Below, one piece after another: positions 36,834 to 47,585 of a stretch of 64,000 bases of DNA. A model generated the notes under the pieces. The model was not told the origin of the DNA, made no database searches, and saw only the letters and a program-made list of their open reading frames with translations. Position numbers and translations under genes: made by a program. Source of the DNA: a virus; IMG/VR virus record IMGVR_UViG_3300028844_004984; one strand, given 5' to 3'. The stretch's first letter is position 1. Each line of letters begins with the position of its first letter.

Positions 36834-37457
36834 ATGAAAATAAGTTACGCAGTTACAGTATGTAACGAATTAGTTGAAATACAAAAATTGATTCCATTTC
36901 TACTGAAGAACAAACGCAGTGAGGATGAGATTGTGGTACTTTTTGATTCTGAGAATGGCTCATCTTCTGTAGAAGAGTATTTAAGAACACATTCTGTAAA
37001 TGGGCAATATTACTGGTTTAAGTATGGGTTCGATGGCCACTTCGCTGATATGAAGAATGAACTTACCAAACATTGTAATGGTGATTACATTTTTCAGATT
37101 GATGCGGATGAGATACCACACGAAACGTTGATAGAGAATTTATCAGATATTTTGGAAGCAAATGATATAGATGTGATTCTCGTACCACGAGTAAATACAG
37201 TTGAGGGGTTAACTCAAAACCACATTCAAAAGTGGGGATGGAACGTCAATGAGAAAGGTTGGGTAAATTGGCCAGATGTTCAATGGAGAATCTATAAGAA
37301 TTCAGAATCCATCCAATGGGAGAATAAGGTACATGAGAAGCTTGTTGGATACAAAACAATATCCCATCTACCAGTTCAAGAGGAACTAGCACTATACCAT
37401 CCAAAAAATATAGAGCGACAAGAAAAACAAAATGAATATTACAATACATTAACCTGA
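36834..37457 (+). CDS. Glycosyltransferase family 2
   Basis: 'ISYAVTVCNE', 'YIFQIDADE', 'WENKVHE'. Confidence 0.9.
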   Translation: MKISYAVTVCNELVEIQKLIPFLLKNKRSEDEIVVLFDSENGSSSVEEYLRTHSVNGQYYWFKYGFDGHFADMKNELTKHCNGDYIFQIDADEIPHETLIENLSDILEANDIDVILVPRVNTVEGLTQNHIQKWGWNVNEKGWVNWPDVQWRIYKNSESIQWENKVHEKLVGYKTISHLPVQEELALYHPKNIERQEKQNEYYNTLT

Positions 37458-38299
37458 TGAGCATGAAAAGAAATATTGGGATTATTGGGCAGGGTTTTGT
37501 AGGTAACGCTATTTATCAGAAGTTTAAGAATTACTTTGAGGTATCAACATTTGATTTAGATAAATCTAAGAGAAACACAGATACATTAGAATCTGTGGTT
37601 AAAAATTCAGATGTTGTGTTTGTGTGTGTACCTACACCAATGCGTAGAATTGATGGTACGTGTGATATTAGCATAGTTGAATCAGTTCTAACCGAAATCA
37701 ATAATGTGGGTAAGGATGTGATTACCGTAATCAAATCAACAATTCCACCAACTACAACTGAAATGTTTAATGAAACGTTTTCTAACTTAACGGTAGTTTT
37801 CAATCCTGAGTTTTTAACTGAGGCAAACGCAGTTAGTGATTTTGAAAACCAATCTAAGATTATTTTAGGAGGACCGAAAAAAGGAACTACACTACTGAAG
37901 CAAATTTATCGATTAGTATTTCCAACAACACCCATCATTAAGACGGGCTCGACTCATGCAGAGATGGTAAAGTACCTAACAAATTCATTTTTAGCAACAA
38001 AAGTATCATTCGCAAACGAGATGTATCAGATTTGTGATAAACTTGGTTTGGATTATGATAAAGTTGTTGAGTATTCAACTTACGATGATAGATTAGGAAA
38101 ATCCCATTGGGCGGTTCCTGGACCAGATGGGGATTTTGGATATGGTGGGCATTGTTTTCCAAAAGATGTTAAAGCATTAATTCATTTAGCAGAAGAATTA
38201 GAATTGTATCCAACTATGTTAAGAGCTACTGATAAGAAAAACAACGTGGTTCGGAAAAATAGGGATTGGGAACAAATGGAAGGTAGAGCGGTATCATAA
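37457..38299 (+). CDS. ugd: UDP-glucose/GDP-mannose dehydrogenase (lacks C-terminal domain)
   Basis: 'GQGFVG', 'CVPTP', 'KSTIPP', 'NPEFL', 'AEMVKY..N..LATKVSFANE', 'GYGGHCFPKD'. Confidence 0.9.
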   Translation: MSMKRNIGIIGQGFVGNAIYQKFKNYFEVSTFDLDKSKRNTDTLESVVKNSDVVFVCVPTPMRRIDGTCDISIVESVLTEINNVGKDVITVIKSTIPPTTTEMFNETFSNLTVVFNPEFLTEANAVSDFENQSKIILGGPKKGTTLLKQIYRLVFPTTPIIKTGSTHAEMVKYLTNSFLATKVSFANEMYQICDKLGLDYDKVVEYSTYDDRLGKSHWAVPGPDGDFGYGGHCFPKDVKALIHLAEELELYPTMLRATDKKNNVVRKNRDWEQMEGRAVS

Positions 38300-39138
38300 T
38301 GCAGTTTTGGAGAACATACAATAATAGAGTACATCCCGTAGGTGAGGTTGCACAATTGGGGTTTCCATTATCCGAACCATCGTACATACCAGATGAGTAT
38401 TTGGATGGTCAAAACTTTGTGATTCTACGAACGTGTTTCGGATTGGGTGATTGGGGTATCATATCAGCATTCCCACGTAAATTGAAAGAGAAGTATCCCG
38501 ATTGTAAAGTTTGGATACCATCTCCGAAGTTACTGAGAGAAATGTTTGGGGGATTAGCACATAATTGGTCTGCTTGGGATGACCCATTTCAGGTAGTACA
38601 TTCTATCTTTGATAACAATCCATATGTAGATGGGTTTATTGATTCTTTTGAGGGGGAAGTGTTCAACGACCACTATCGTATTACAGATGGTGGAGATACT
38701 CCCCTAATGGAAGAATTGTTGAGGTTTTGGCAATTTGATGAGTTTGAGGATATCGAACCCGAACTATACTTTAGCGATGAAGAAAAATCACTTGGTGACC
38801 GAATCATCAAAGAACATTGTGATGGGGATTTCGGAACTCTTCTAATCTCAAATAGATTTGATGGCGATGGGGTTGATAAAATCCAACAAAAAATTAATGA
38901 GTATGACCTAACTATGTTCTACTGGACTAAATCTACTGATGTGGGGTTGGATTTCAAAAAAGCATTGGATATGAGACACATCAACACTCGTATTCAGTTA
39001 TACATCAAAACAAAGGCAAAGTTTAATGTAGGTAACCAAACTGGGGTGAATGATACCATCGCAAACTATTCACCAACCTATACAATTGCCAGACCTAATC
39101 TTGGGTCAAACTTGGTTAGAAGTGAGATTTATTTATGA
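38299..39138 (+). CDS. GT9 (heptosyltransferase)-like protein
   Basis: 'GLGDW.....R.LKEKYPD', 'FDNNPYVD', 'PELYFS.EE'. Confidence 0.6.
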   Translation: MQFWRTYNNRVHPVGEVAQLGFPLSEPSYIPDEYLDGQNFVILRTCFGLGDWGIISAFPRKLKEKYPDCKVWIPSPKLLREMFGGLAHNWSAWDDPFQVVHSIFDNNPYVDGFIDSFEGEVFNDHYRITDGGDTPLMEELLRFWQFDEFEDIEPELYFSDEEKSLGDRIIKEHCDGDFGTLLISNRFDGDGVDKIQQKINEYDLTMFYWTKSTDVGLDFKKALDMRHINTRIQLYIKTKAKFNVGNQTGVNDTIANYSPTYTIARPNLGSNLVRSEIYL

Positions 39139-39809
39139 GAGTAGTAGTATATACAGCGATTATTGGTGGGTATGACACACTTAATGAACCACTCGTAAAA
39201 CCAGATGGTGTGGACTTTGTTTGTTTTACCGATAGGGATATGGAATCTGAAACTTGGGAGATTCAAAAGGTAACCCCATTGTATGATGATAACACACGAA
39301 CTGCACGGAAGTATAAGGTATTACCACATCGGTGGTTTTCAGATTACGATGTGAGTATTTGGGTAGATGGTAATAAGGTTATAGCGGGTGATGTTTTAGA
39401 TTACATCTCACAATTGGGAGAGGGTAATCTTTCACTGTTTGACCATATGGAATGTTTCGATAAAAGAAATTGTGTGTATCAAGAAGCAAATGCTATTTTT
39501 AAGTTAGGGCAAGAGCCGGGTAAAACTTACAAAGATAACCCATTAACTATAAAATCCCAAATGGAACGATATCTTTCTGAAGGATATCCACAAAATAATG
39601 GATTGGCATTTACTTGCGTTGTGGTTCGGAAACACAACGACTCAGATACCATCAATCTGATGGAAAATTGGTGGACTGAAATAAAATATGGTTCTAAGAG
39701 AGACCAGTTAAGTTTTGATTACGTTGCTTGGAAAAATAACTATGATTTTAAGTATCTAAGTGGTGATGGTAGAAATGATGGTATAATAACACATAAACCA
39801 CACCTATGA
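39135..39809 (+). CDS. DUF616 (TOD1/MUCI70-like) glycosyltransferase
   Basis: 'VYTAIIGGYD', 'CFTD', 'KVLPH', 'SIWVDG', 'RNCVYQEA', 'RDQLSF'. Confidence 0.85.
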   Translation: MRVVVYTAIIGGYDTLNEPLVKPDGVDFVCFTDRDMESETWEIQKVTPLYDDNTRTARKYKVLPHRWFSDYDVSIWVDGNKVIAGDVLDYISQLGEGNLSLFDHMECFDKRNCVYQEANAIFKLGQEPGKTYKDNPLTIKSQMERYLSEGYPQNNGLAFTCVVVRKHNDSDTINLMENWWTEIKYGSKRDQLSFDYVAWKNNYDFKYLSGDGRNDGIITHKPHL

Positions 39810-40798
39810 AACGTATATTGTTCATAACATCTCAATATAGGGCTGGTGAGCGGATATACCCAATATTACCCCAATTGTGCGGTAAGTACTCAGTAGACCT
39901 TCTAAAGGTTTATCAGATGAATCAAAAGCATAAATGGGTTGGTGATGTTGATTTACGAGCAGCGTTTGATTCTAAATATCTTCATATGTTCAATGAGGTG
40001 TTAGAGGGTAATTGTGATATATCAAAATATGATTTGATTATATCAGATGATAACCGAAATAGCCACAAAACGAACTTTAAAAAACTATACGATACTAAGG
40101 GATGTGATTGGTTGGCATGTTCACATGGTAACTCAGATAAACCATATTTCGATGAAGGGTTGGGTGTTGTATTTGATAAGTGCTTTGTATTCGGAGATAA
40201 GGATGTAAATCACAATTCAAAAATAGCATTGGGAATCCCATCAAACGATACATTGGGGAACTACATGGATTCTGATAAAAAACACATATTAGTGGTTGTT
40301 AATTTTTTGGGTAATCGGAAATCACCATTCAGAATCAATTTTGATGAAACCTTCTTTAAGAATCCAAATCTGATTAGACTCCAAAAACACTATGGATTAC
40401 CAGTAGTATTTAAGTTGAAGAGTAGAGCAGATGAGCGGGGGTATCAACATAACGTAGATTACATCAAAAAAGTAACTCCAAATGAGTTAGAATTTAGTGT
40501 GATTGTAGATGTTGAAAATGATAACAAATTGATATCAGAAAGTGTGTGTGTGATATCCGCACCATCGACGTTCGCATTTAAATCTATTCAACTCAATATA
40601 CCAACCATACTAATCAAAGACTCGGGTCAGCTTGGTAGTTTTTATGATTTTGATGGTGTATTTAATTTTGGAGATGGTGTATTTGAGTATCTAACAACAA
40701 ATAAAGATTACACAGATTGGTTAAATCGAACGATAGCAGGTTCCACCACATTTACCTCCACCAATTTGATGATAAATTACATAGATTCATTGTTATGA
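39806..40798 (+). CDS. GT-B-like glycosyl/sialyltransferase candidate
   Basis: 'HG', 'VFG', 'LGIPSND', 'SAPSTFAF.SI.LNIPT' pattern of capsule-type transferases. Confidence 0.5.
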   Translation: MKRILFITSQYRAGERIYPILPQLCGKYSVDLLKVYQMNQKHKWVGDVDLRAAFDSKYLHMFNEVLEGNCDISKYDLIISDDNRNSHKTNFKKLYDTKGCDWLACSHGNSDKPYFDEGLGVVFDKCFVFGDKDVNHNSKIALGIPSNDTLGNYMDSDKKHILVVVNFLGNRKSPFRINFDETFFKNPNLIRLQKHYGLPVVFKLKSRADERGYQHNVDYIKKVTPNELEFSVIVDVENDNKLISESVCVISAPSTFAFKSIQLNIPTILIKDSGQLGSFYDFDGVFNFGDGVFEYLTTNKDYTDWLNRTIAGSTTFTSTNLMINYIDSLL

Positions 40799-41550
40799 GA
40801 ATAAGAGTAAAAGAAACGGATACATATCCATTAGTTGTACATGCCAATGGTAAATCAAAACGAAGCGGTAAGTTGTATTCAGAAATCGAACAAAAGTTCA
40901 AAAGCCAAACCACACCAATTACAGATGATGATTCTGATGTAACTATAGTTTCTTGGAAGGGTGGTAAGTATGAAAATACAGAGATGGTATTAGAAACCTG
41001 TATGGGAATGTACAACCATCCGATGAAAACTCTACCTTGGCCAACAAACACCAATTTTTGGGAAGGTTCTAAGTATAAGATAAATGGTACGTTAGAATAT
41101 CTAAGAGATGTAGATACGAAATACTTTATGTGGTTTGATATCAGCGATGTGATACTATTACAATCCCCATCTGAGGTTTTGAAAACGTATAAGGAACACT
41201 TTGATGGTAAGTTGGTATTCAACGCGGAGAGAAATCACTACCCTAAAGAAAACAGACAGGGTGGCTGGTCTGAAGAGTTAAAACAACAATATAAATCATT
41301 AGAAGAATACGATAACACATTCAAATCAACATTCAGATATATGAATACTGGGTGTTGTGTTGGTAAAACTTCAGTTGTTATTGAGTTCTTAGAAAGATGC
41401 CAGAAGTGGATGAACGAACAAATTAACGATACTGTTGCTGGTAGACTTGCACAAAGAGAGATGGAGTCTGATGTTGTGGTTGATAGAGATTGTAAGCTGT
41501 TCGTTTGTTTGTATGATGTTAACCCAAATGAAATAGAAATATATGAGTAA
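40795..41550 (+). CDS. PLOD/LH3-type GT-A glycosyltransferase, apparently circularly permuted
   Basis: 'MWFDISDVI', 'VFNAERNHYP', 'YMNTGCCVG', 'D..CKLF'; the 'PLVVHANG' motif sits at the N-terminus. Confidence 0.7.
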   Translation: MRIRVKETDTYPLVVHANGKSKRSGKLYSEIEQKFKSQTTPITDDDSDVTIVSWKGGKYENTEMVLETCMGMYNHPMKTLPWPTNTNFWEGSKYKINGTLEYLRDVDTKYFMWFDISDVILLQSPSEVLKTYKEHFDGKLVFNAERNHYPKENRQGGWSEELKQQYKSLEEYDNTFKSTFRYMNTGCCVGKTSVVIEFLERCQKWMNEQINDTVAGRLAQREMESDVVVDRDCKLFVCLYDVNPNEIEIYE

Positions 41551-42487
41551 GGTAGCAGTTTATATATCATCAAGAAACAACTATTCGTTGTTAGAAGAGT
41601 TTATTGAGAGAAACAAAGCGGAGTTAGAAAACGTATACTTCGTTAACATAGATGATTTCTCAGATAAAGGTGAAATTATCTTAGGCCGTTCAATATGTGC
41701 TAAGTATAATATCCCATTCATAGAGAATCGGGCCAGAGGACTTCAGAATGCCACAAAAACTATGATTGAACACTTAGATAGAGTTGATAAGAGCTATAAG
41801 TATATTCTGTGGATGACGCATGATTCACATACGATAACAGATAACTTTGTATCTAAATTTGATAGTATTGTTTCAACGGGTGTTCTCGATGAATTTGGTG
41901 TTGTTGGGTTCAACATCTTAGGACCTCAGTGTCACGTTAGAAATCAATCTAAAGTTTCACCAAATCAATGTGGTATGTTAGGTAGAGCACCACTAACAAA
42001 ACTACCAGGTCGTGGTGGGTGGTATAGAACTCCTGATATGGTTTTAGATTGGGATATTTGGGGTGGTAGTAGAGCAATAGCTGTAGAATCTCCTGTAGAT
42101 ATGACCCTCGCTATCAACATCGATATGTTTAAGAAATATATTGATGTGAGCGGCCAGTATCATTTGTTTTGTGCATTTGATGATATTTGTATGCAGTTCT
42201 TAAATCGTGGTGTGTACAATGTAACCCTACCACATCTACAAATATGGCATGACCAGCATATTAAAGATGGTAAGGTGCCGGTAAAATCCGCCACTGCCGC
42301 AAAGAAAGGTGATTCGAAGCACTTTGGTGATTATGGGCCTCATTTAGTTAAATGGAAATCTTCTTGGGGATGGGATCGTGATGATGTTAGAAATACATTC
42401 CCAACCGATAGATATCCAAATGGACTGATTCGTGAGTTTTACGACCACGACTATACAAACGGACCAATTAAAACATTTGAGTTATGA
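41543..42487 (+). CDS. Glycosyltransferase family 2-like
   Basis: 'NIDDFS', 'ILWMTHDS', 'FDDICMQ'. Confidence 0.7.
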   Translation: MSKVAVYISSRNNYSLLEEFIERNKAELENVYFVNIDDFSDKGEIILGRSICAKYNIPFIENRARGLQNATKTMIEHLDRVDKSYKYILWMTHDSHTITDNFVSKFDSIVSTGVLDEFGVVGFNILGPQCHVRNQSKVSPNQCGMLGRAPLTKLPGRGGWYRTPDMVLDWDIWGGSRAIAVESPVDMTLAINIDMFKKYIDVSGQYHLFCAFDDICMQFLNRGVYNVTLPHLQIWHDQHIKDGKVPVKSATAAKKGDSKHFGDYGPHLVKWKSSWGWDRDDVRNTFPTDRYPNGLIREFYDHDYTNGPIKTFEL

Positions 42488-43404
42488 AAATAGCAGTAAT
42501 AACACCAATAAAACACCTAGATGGGGTATATGATTTACTTCAGACAAAGGGTGAAGTTTTTATGTTGGAAGAGGGTGATATAAATGAAGTAAGGGAGCTT
42601 CTTATAAAAGAGCAGATTGACACGATTATTTGTAATCCAAATCAACAAACCTACAAGATTGACTATTCACTATTGTACAATACAAATGTATCCCTAATCA
42701 ACACTTGTTCAACTGGTATGAACCACATTGATGTTGACTATTGTAATAAGGAAGGAATTAAAATATACTCACTCACCAAAGACTACGACCTCATCAATGA
42801 CCTACCATCTACTTCAGAGTTGGCATTTGGGTTACTCCTTGATTTGATGAGAAATATCACAATATCAAACAATGTAACCAAAAGAGACAAGAGTTGGGAC
42901 TACCTACCATTCGTAGGTCAGCAAATGAAAGACTATAAAGTTGGCATCGTTGGGTATGGTAGATTAGGTAAGATGATGGCTAAGTTTTGTAGAGCATTTG
43001 ATGCCGAGGTTTACATCTACGACCCATATTCAGATGAGTCTAACATTGACACATTAGAAGAGTTGTTTGATATATGTGATGCAGTATCACTCCACGTTCA
43101 CGTGTCCGATGAGACAAAATATATGATTAACTACGACTTACTATCTCGTGGTGTGAAGTTTTTGGTGAACACATCTCGTGGTGAGATTGTAAACGAATAT
43201 GATGTAATTCGTGCGTTGAAAGAGAATAAGTTGTGGGGGTATGGAACTGATGTGATTGAAGATGAATTTGGTGGGGATATTGGAATTTCACCCTTCTTTA
43301 ATTTGGAAAATAGAGAATTAAATTGTATATTTACACCACATACAGGTGGAATGACTATACAAGGTCAAACAAAAGCGTATAAATGGGCAGTGAACAAACT
43401 ATGA
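42484..43404 (+). CDS. D-isomer 2-hydroxyacid dehydrogenase (SerA-like)
   Basis: 'STGMNHID', 'GIVGYGRLG', 'SLHV', 'VNTSRGEIV', 'DV..DE', 'TPHTGG'. Confidence 0.92.
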   Translation: MKIAVITPIKHLDGVYDLLQTKGEVFMLEEGDINEVRELLIKEQIDTIICNPNQQTYKIDYSLLYNTNVSLINTCSTGMNHIDVDYCNKEGIKIYSLTKDYDLINDLPSTSELAFGLLLDLMRNITISNNVTKRDKSWDYLPFVGQQMKDYKVGIVGYGRLGKMMAKFCRAFDAEVYIYDPYSDESNIDTLEELFDICDAVSLHVHVSDETKYMINYDLLSRGVKFLVNTSRGEIVNEYDVIRALKENKLWGYGTDVIEDEFGGDIGISPFFNLENRELNCIFTPHTGGMTIQGQTKAYKWAVNKL

Positions 43405-44204
43405 AATATTTTTTAGAAGATTTAGAAAACTATGTAGGTGAAGTCGGTGGACATCATTCAGATAATGATAGCACTACCGAAGATGGAAACCACGGAATTG
43501 CATTACACATATTCGACAATATTGGCATACAGCACGAATATGTTTTAGATATTGGCGCATTTTCATACAATGCATCAAATGTTACACCCATTATGGATAA
43601 GTATAATATCGATGGGTTGTTATTGGATGGAAAAAATAAATACAGAGATAAGCGAATTACAGAAGTTTGGTTAGAGCCCGATAATGTAGTAGATATACTT
43701 GAGTCTCACAATTGTCCAAAAAACTTAGATTACTTATCAATTGATATTGATAATATGGACTATTGGATTCTTAAATCCGTATTGGAAGGTGGGTATTCTT
43801 CAAATTTAATTGTATTAGAATTCAATCCAATTTTTGATAATCACGAACCATATGCTAAAAAATATCAAAAGGGCGCGAAAAAGAAAGATAGTCAAACCGC
43901 ACTTAGTTCTAACTATGGTGCAAGTTTACACGCATTTCAAAAATTATTGTCAAATTATGGTTATAGATTGATTCACGTTGTTACACAAAACGAATATGGG
44001 CAACCATCATCGAACAACGCATTTTTTATCAAAGATGAGTTTGATACGGATAACCTATTTAAAGATGGTGTTTCCACTATAAATAAAGTATTCACCACAC
44101 CATTCGTAGAGAAGTTCAAACAAAAGGGCAATAACTCGAAGTTCAAAACCACCGATGTGGGTGTAGTGAAAGATACTCTAATAAAAAGTTTTGTAGAAGT
44201 ATGA
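43401..44204 (+). CDS. FkbM-like SAM methyltransferase
   Basis: 'LDIGA', 'LDYLSIDIDNMDYW', 'EFN', 'GASL.A...L....GY.L'. Confidence 0.7.
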   Translation: MKYFLEDLENYVGEVGGHHSDNDSTTEDGNHGIALHIFDNIGIQHEYVLDIGAFSYNASNVTPIMDKYNIDGLLLDGKNKYRDKRITEVWLEPDNVVDILESHNCPKNLDYLSIDIDNMDYWILKSVLEGGYSSNLIVLEFNPIFDNHEPYAKKYQKGAKKKDSQTALSSNYGASLHAFQKLLSNYGYRLIHVVTQNEYGQPSSNNAFFIKDEFDTDNLFKDGVSTINKVFTTPFVEKFKQKGNNSKFKTTDVGVVKDTLIKSFVEV

Positions 44205-44734
44205 GAGTATTAGTGATTATACCAACAAAGTTGGATTCCAAAAGATTGAAGAATAAAAACATTCGTAAGTTAGATGGAAAGCCAATGTTTCTACATTCAG
44301 TAGATTATGCCGATGCTAGTAAACATAATGTAGATATAGTAGTATCTTCAGAAAGTGATGTTGTTAAAGATATCTGTTTAGAGTGGGGTTGTGCGTTTAT
44401 GGAACGTTCTACTGAATTATGTGGAGATACTGAAGTTGTTGATGTGTATATCGATGTGGTATCTCAGATAAAAGAGTCCTATGATTTAGTAGTTGGGCTA
44501 CAACCAGATAATCCAAATAGAACTCATTCGTTAGATAAGTGTATTCAATATATGCTAGATAACGATTATGATGATTTGATTACTGTAAACCCATCGTATA
44601 AGAGAAGTGGCTCGGTCCGCATATTTAAGTACGATTACCTAAAGTCAGGCAAAGTAAGTAAACGACTTGGGTGTATCAAAGATGATGCAACTGATATACA
44701 CTATGAATCTGATTTGGAAAGTTTGAATAAGTGA
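44201..44734 (+). CDS. neuA: CMP-nonulosonic acid synthetase (short)
   Basis: 'IIPTKLDSKRLKNKNIR.L.GKP', 'LQPDNPNR', 'DIH..SD'. Confidence 0.85.
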   Translation: MRVLVIIPTKLDSKRLKNKNIRKLDGKPMFLHSVDYADASKHNVDIVVSSESDVVKDICLEWGCAFMERSTELCGDTEVVDVYIDVVSQIKESYDLVVGLQPDNPNRTHSLDKCIQYMLDNDYDDLITVNPSYKRSGSVRIFKYDYLKSGKVSKRLGCIKDDATDIHYESDLESLNK

Positions 44735-45327
44735 TGGCTATGGAAACTGTAAAAAAACGAGGTGCACTAAAGGCTAAGGCGCTTAAAGAGGTAAAGCAGA
44801 TAAAAGAGATGTGGGGTGATTCAACTCCACTAATTGCGGATATCGGTGCAAATATAGGATATTACACAGAATCGTTTTCAGAAATATTTTCGGATAGTAA
44901 AATACACTCATATGAACCACACCCGTATAATTTACAACACCTTTCGAAGTTAAGTAGTAATCTAATCAACATACACGCTTATGGGTTGTTCGATACTGAT
45001 ACTAAACTAACGATTGGTGTACCTGAAAGTAGGCAGAATAACAATGGATTATTCAGTATCCATCATACCACAAATGGTATTGAGGTAGATTTAAAAAATG
45101 CTAATGGTGAGGAGATTAGACCAGATATCGTTAAGATTGATGTTGAGGGTTCTGAACCACAAGTGTTAAGTTGTACTGAATTCTTTGAGAATACAAAGTT
45201 GATACTTATCGAAATTGTTATCGATGATAATTTTGGTAGTAACGATGATGTAGTATCCAAATTAAAATCGATGGGATTCACCCATATAAAAAATACAAGC
45301 AAAAACAATCAGTTATGGTCAAGGTAA
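44731..45327 (+). CDS. FkbM family methyltransferase
   Basis: 'DIGANIGYY', 'YEP', 'VKIDVEGSE..VL'. Confidence 0.9.
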   Translation: MMAMETVKKRGALKAKALKEVKQIKEMWGDSTPLIADIGANIGYYTESFSEIFSDSKIHSYEPHPYNLQHLSKLSSNLINIHAYGLFDTDTKLTIGVPESRQNNNGLFSIHHTTNGIEVDLKNANGEEIRPDIVKIDVEGSEPQVLSCTEFFENTKLILIEIVIDDNFGSNDDVVSKLKSMGFTHIKNTSKNNQLWSR

Positions 45328-46115
45328 TCGCAGAAATAGGTTGGAATCATTGTGGTGATATGGAACTCGCCAAAGAAATGATTCTTGCAGCAAAAGAAAG
45401 TGGAGCAACTTACGCAAAGTTCCAAAGTTGGTCAGTTAGTAGACTCAAGCCGGGTGCTTGGGATGAAGATGGTCGTAGAGAGATTTACGAAAAAGCAGAA
45501 CTTACGAAAGAGCGGCATATTGAATTAATCAATTATTGCGATGAGGTAGGTATCAAATTCATGTCAAGTGTATTCAGTATCAAAGATGCTGAACTTCTTG
45601 TTGAGTTGGGCGTTGAGGACGTGAAGATTCCAAGCTTTGAATCTCGCAACCACAAATTAATTAGGTATTGTGATGATAATTTCAAAAGAGTGTTCATGTC
45701 AACAGGCACATCTACCTTTGATGAGATTAAAGATAGTGTAAAAAATATTTGGAATTCTGAGTTTTATTTATTACATTGTGTATCAACATACCCGTGTAAT
45801 CCATCTATGGCAAATCTTCCTAGAATGAAATTGTTAAGTGAGTTGGGATTCCCTATTGGATACTCAGACCATATTCAAGGAGTTGAATCTGCTAAAGTAG
45901 CTATTGGGTGGGGTGCATCTGTAATTGAAAAGCACTTTACAATAAATAACGAACTGCCGGGTCGTGATAATAAGTTTGCAGTATTACCTCACCAAATGAA
46001 GGACCTAACTGAATACATAGAAATGATTGAGGAGATGATGGATTCACATGGTAGTGATTACCAACAATCCGAAACAGATTCACGAAATAATTACACTGGT
46101 AGGTTCGATGGATAA
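45315..46115 (+). CDS. neuB: Nonulosonic acid (N-acetylneuraminate-type) synthase, no SAF domain
   Basis: 'IAEIGWNHCGD', 'KFQ', 'KIPS', 'STG', 'LHCVSTYP', 'GYSDH', 'IEKHFT'. Confidence 0.92.
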   Translation: MVKVIAEIGWNHCGDMELAKEMILAAKESGATYAKFQSWSVSRLKPGAWDEDGRREIYEKAELTKERHIELINYCDEVGIKFMSSVFSIKDAELLVELGVEDVKIPSFESRNHKLIRYCDDNFKRVFMSTGTSTFDEIKDSVKNIWNSEFYLLHCVSTYPCNPSMANLPRMKLLSELGFPIGYSDHIQGVESAKVAIGWGASVIEKHFTINNELPGRDNKFAVLPHQMKDLTEYIEMIEEMMDSHGSDYQQSETDSRNNYTGRFDG

Positions 46116-46749
46116 CGTGAGTGTAATCATACGAAATCACAATGAGGGTGAGTACATTGGATTCGCTATACAATCGGTGTTGGACTACATACCAAATGCT
46201 GAGATATTGGTGATTGATGACCACTCAACAGATGATTCGTTAGAAGTGGTTAGGTTGTTTAACAATCGTGGTGATATAAAGATAACTACGATTGATGGTT
46301 ACACTCCTGGAAAGGCAATCAATTTCGGAGTAGAGCTCGCCAAGCACAATACGATATTAGTACTATCAGCACATTCTCAGATTGTTAAGATGGATTTGGA
46401 TTATGTAACCACTCGGCTAAAAACACATTCAGCAGTATTTGGGAATCAAACTCCAATTTATAGAGGAAAGAAAATATCTAAAAGGTACATCTGGTCACAC
46501 TTTGTAGATAGAGAGGTAGCTGATATGCACTCTATGATTGAAGATAGGGCATTTTTACACAATGCGTTTTGCTTCTACAACAAATCAGATTTGGTAAATA
46601 CCCCATTCGATGAATCTCTTCCAGGGAAAGAAGATAGGTATTGGGCGATTGATATTTTAGAAAACGGTAAAACATATTTATATACACCAAGTATTGAAGT
46701 AAACCACTACTATACGGGCAACGGAGCTACTTGGAAAGGATTAGGATAA
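46108..46749 (+). CDS. Glycosyltransferase family 2
   Basis: 'VSVIIRNHNE', 'IDDHSTD', 'LSAH', 'FDE...EDRYW'. Confidence 0.88.
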   Translation: MDNVSVIIRNHNEGEYIGFAIQSVLDYIPNAEILVIDDHSTDDSLEVVRLFNNRGDIKITTIDGYTPGKAINFGVELAKHNTILVLSAHSQIVKMDLDYVTTRLKTHSAVFGNQTPIYRGKKISKRYIWSHFVDREVADMHSMIEDRAFLHNAFCFYNKSDLVNTPFDESLPGKEDRYWAIDILENGKTYLYTPSIEVNHYYTGNGATWKGLG

Positions 46750-47585
46750 TGAAGATATTAGTTACAGGAGGTGCTGGATTCGTAGGAACAAACCTCATTA
46801 AACGATTATTGGGTGAAGGGCATGATGTAGTTTCGATAGACAACTACTATACTGGTAAGATAGAAAACCATCAGAAAGGGTGTAAATATCTGAATCATGA
46901 CCTCAGAAACCTTACTGAATTTATGGATGTTGATGTTGTATTTCATCTCGCTGCGATTGCACGGATTCAACCTTCATTTAAATTACCAAAAGAATACTTT
47001 ACAACAAATGCAAATGCCACACTAAACTTAGTTGATTGGTGCGCTAAGAATAATGTTCCATTAATTTATGCAGGTTCATCATCAAAGCATAGTGGTAGAT
47101 TTAAAAACCCATACACATTTTCTAAAGATGTAGGTGAGGATATTATATCACTCTACCAAGAACACTATGGATTACAATCATCAATTACAAGGTTCTACAA
47201 TGTATATGGGCCACATCATTTGAAAGATGGTGGTTATTGTACTGTAATTGGAAAGTGGGAGAAGTGTATTGAAGAGGGTAGACCTCTTACAATCTATGGA
47301 GATGGTACAAAGCGAAGAGATTTTACTCACATTGATGATATTGTAGATGCTCTGGTTAAGATTATGGAACAATCAGCATATGGTTATGATTTTGAATTAG
47401 GTAAAGGTAAGAACTACTCTATCCAAGAAATTGCAGAAATGTTCAATTACAGTGATATCGTATATGAAGATAATAAACCAGGTGAGGCACAAATTACACT
47501 TTGTGAGGATACACTTGCCAATGAAATTTTGGGATGGACACCCACTAAAAAAATTGAAGATTATATAAAACGATTAAAGTTATGA
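46749..47585 (+). CDS. NAD-dependent nucleotide-sugar epimerase/dehydratase
   Basis: 'TGGAGFVG', 'HLAA', 'YTFSK', 'RFYNVYGP', 'GDGTKRRDFTHIDD'. Confidence 0.92.
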   Translation: MKILVTGGAGFVGTNLIKRLLGEGHDVVSIDNYYTGKIENHQKGCKYLNHDLRNLTEFMDVDVVFHLAAIARIQPSFKLPKEYFTTNANATLNLVDWCAKNNVPLIYAGSSSKHSGRFKNPYTFSKDVGEDIISLYQEHYGLQSSITRFYNVYGPHHLKDGGYCTVIGKWEKCIEEGRPLTIYGDGTKRRDFTHIDDIVDALVKIMEQSAYGYDFELGKGKNYSIQEIAEMFNYSDIVYEDNKPGEAQITLCEDTLANEILGWTPTKKIEDYIKRLKL

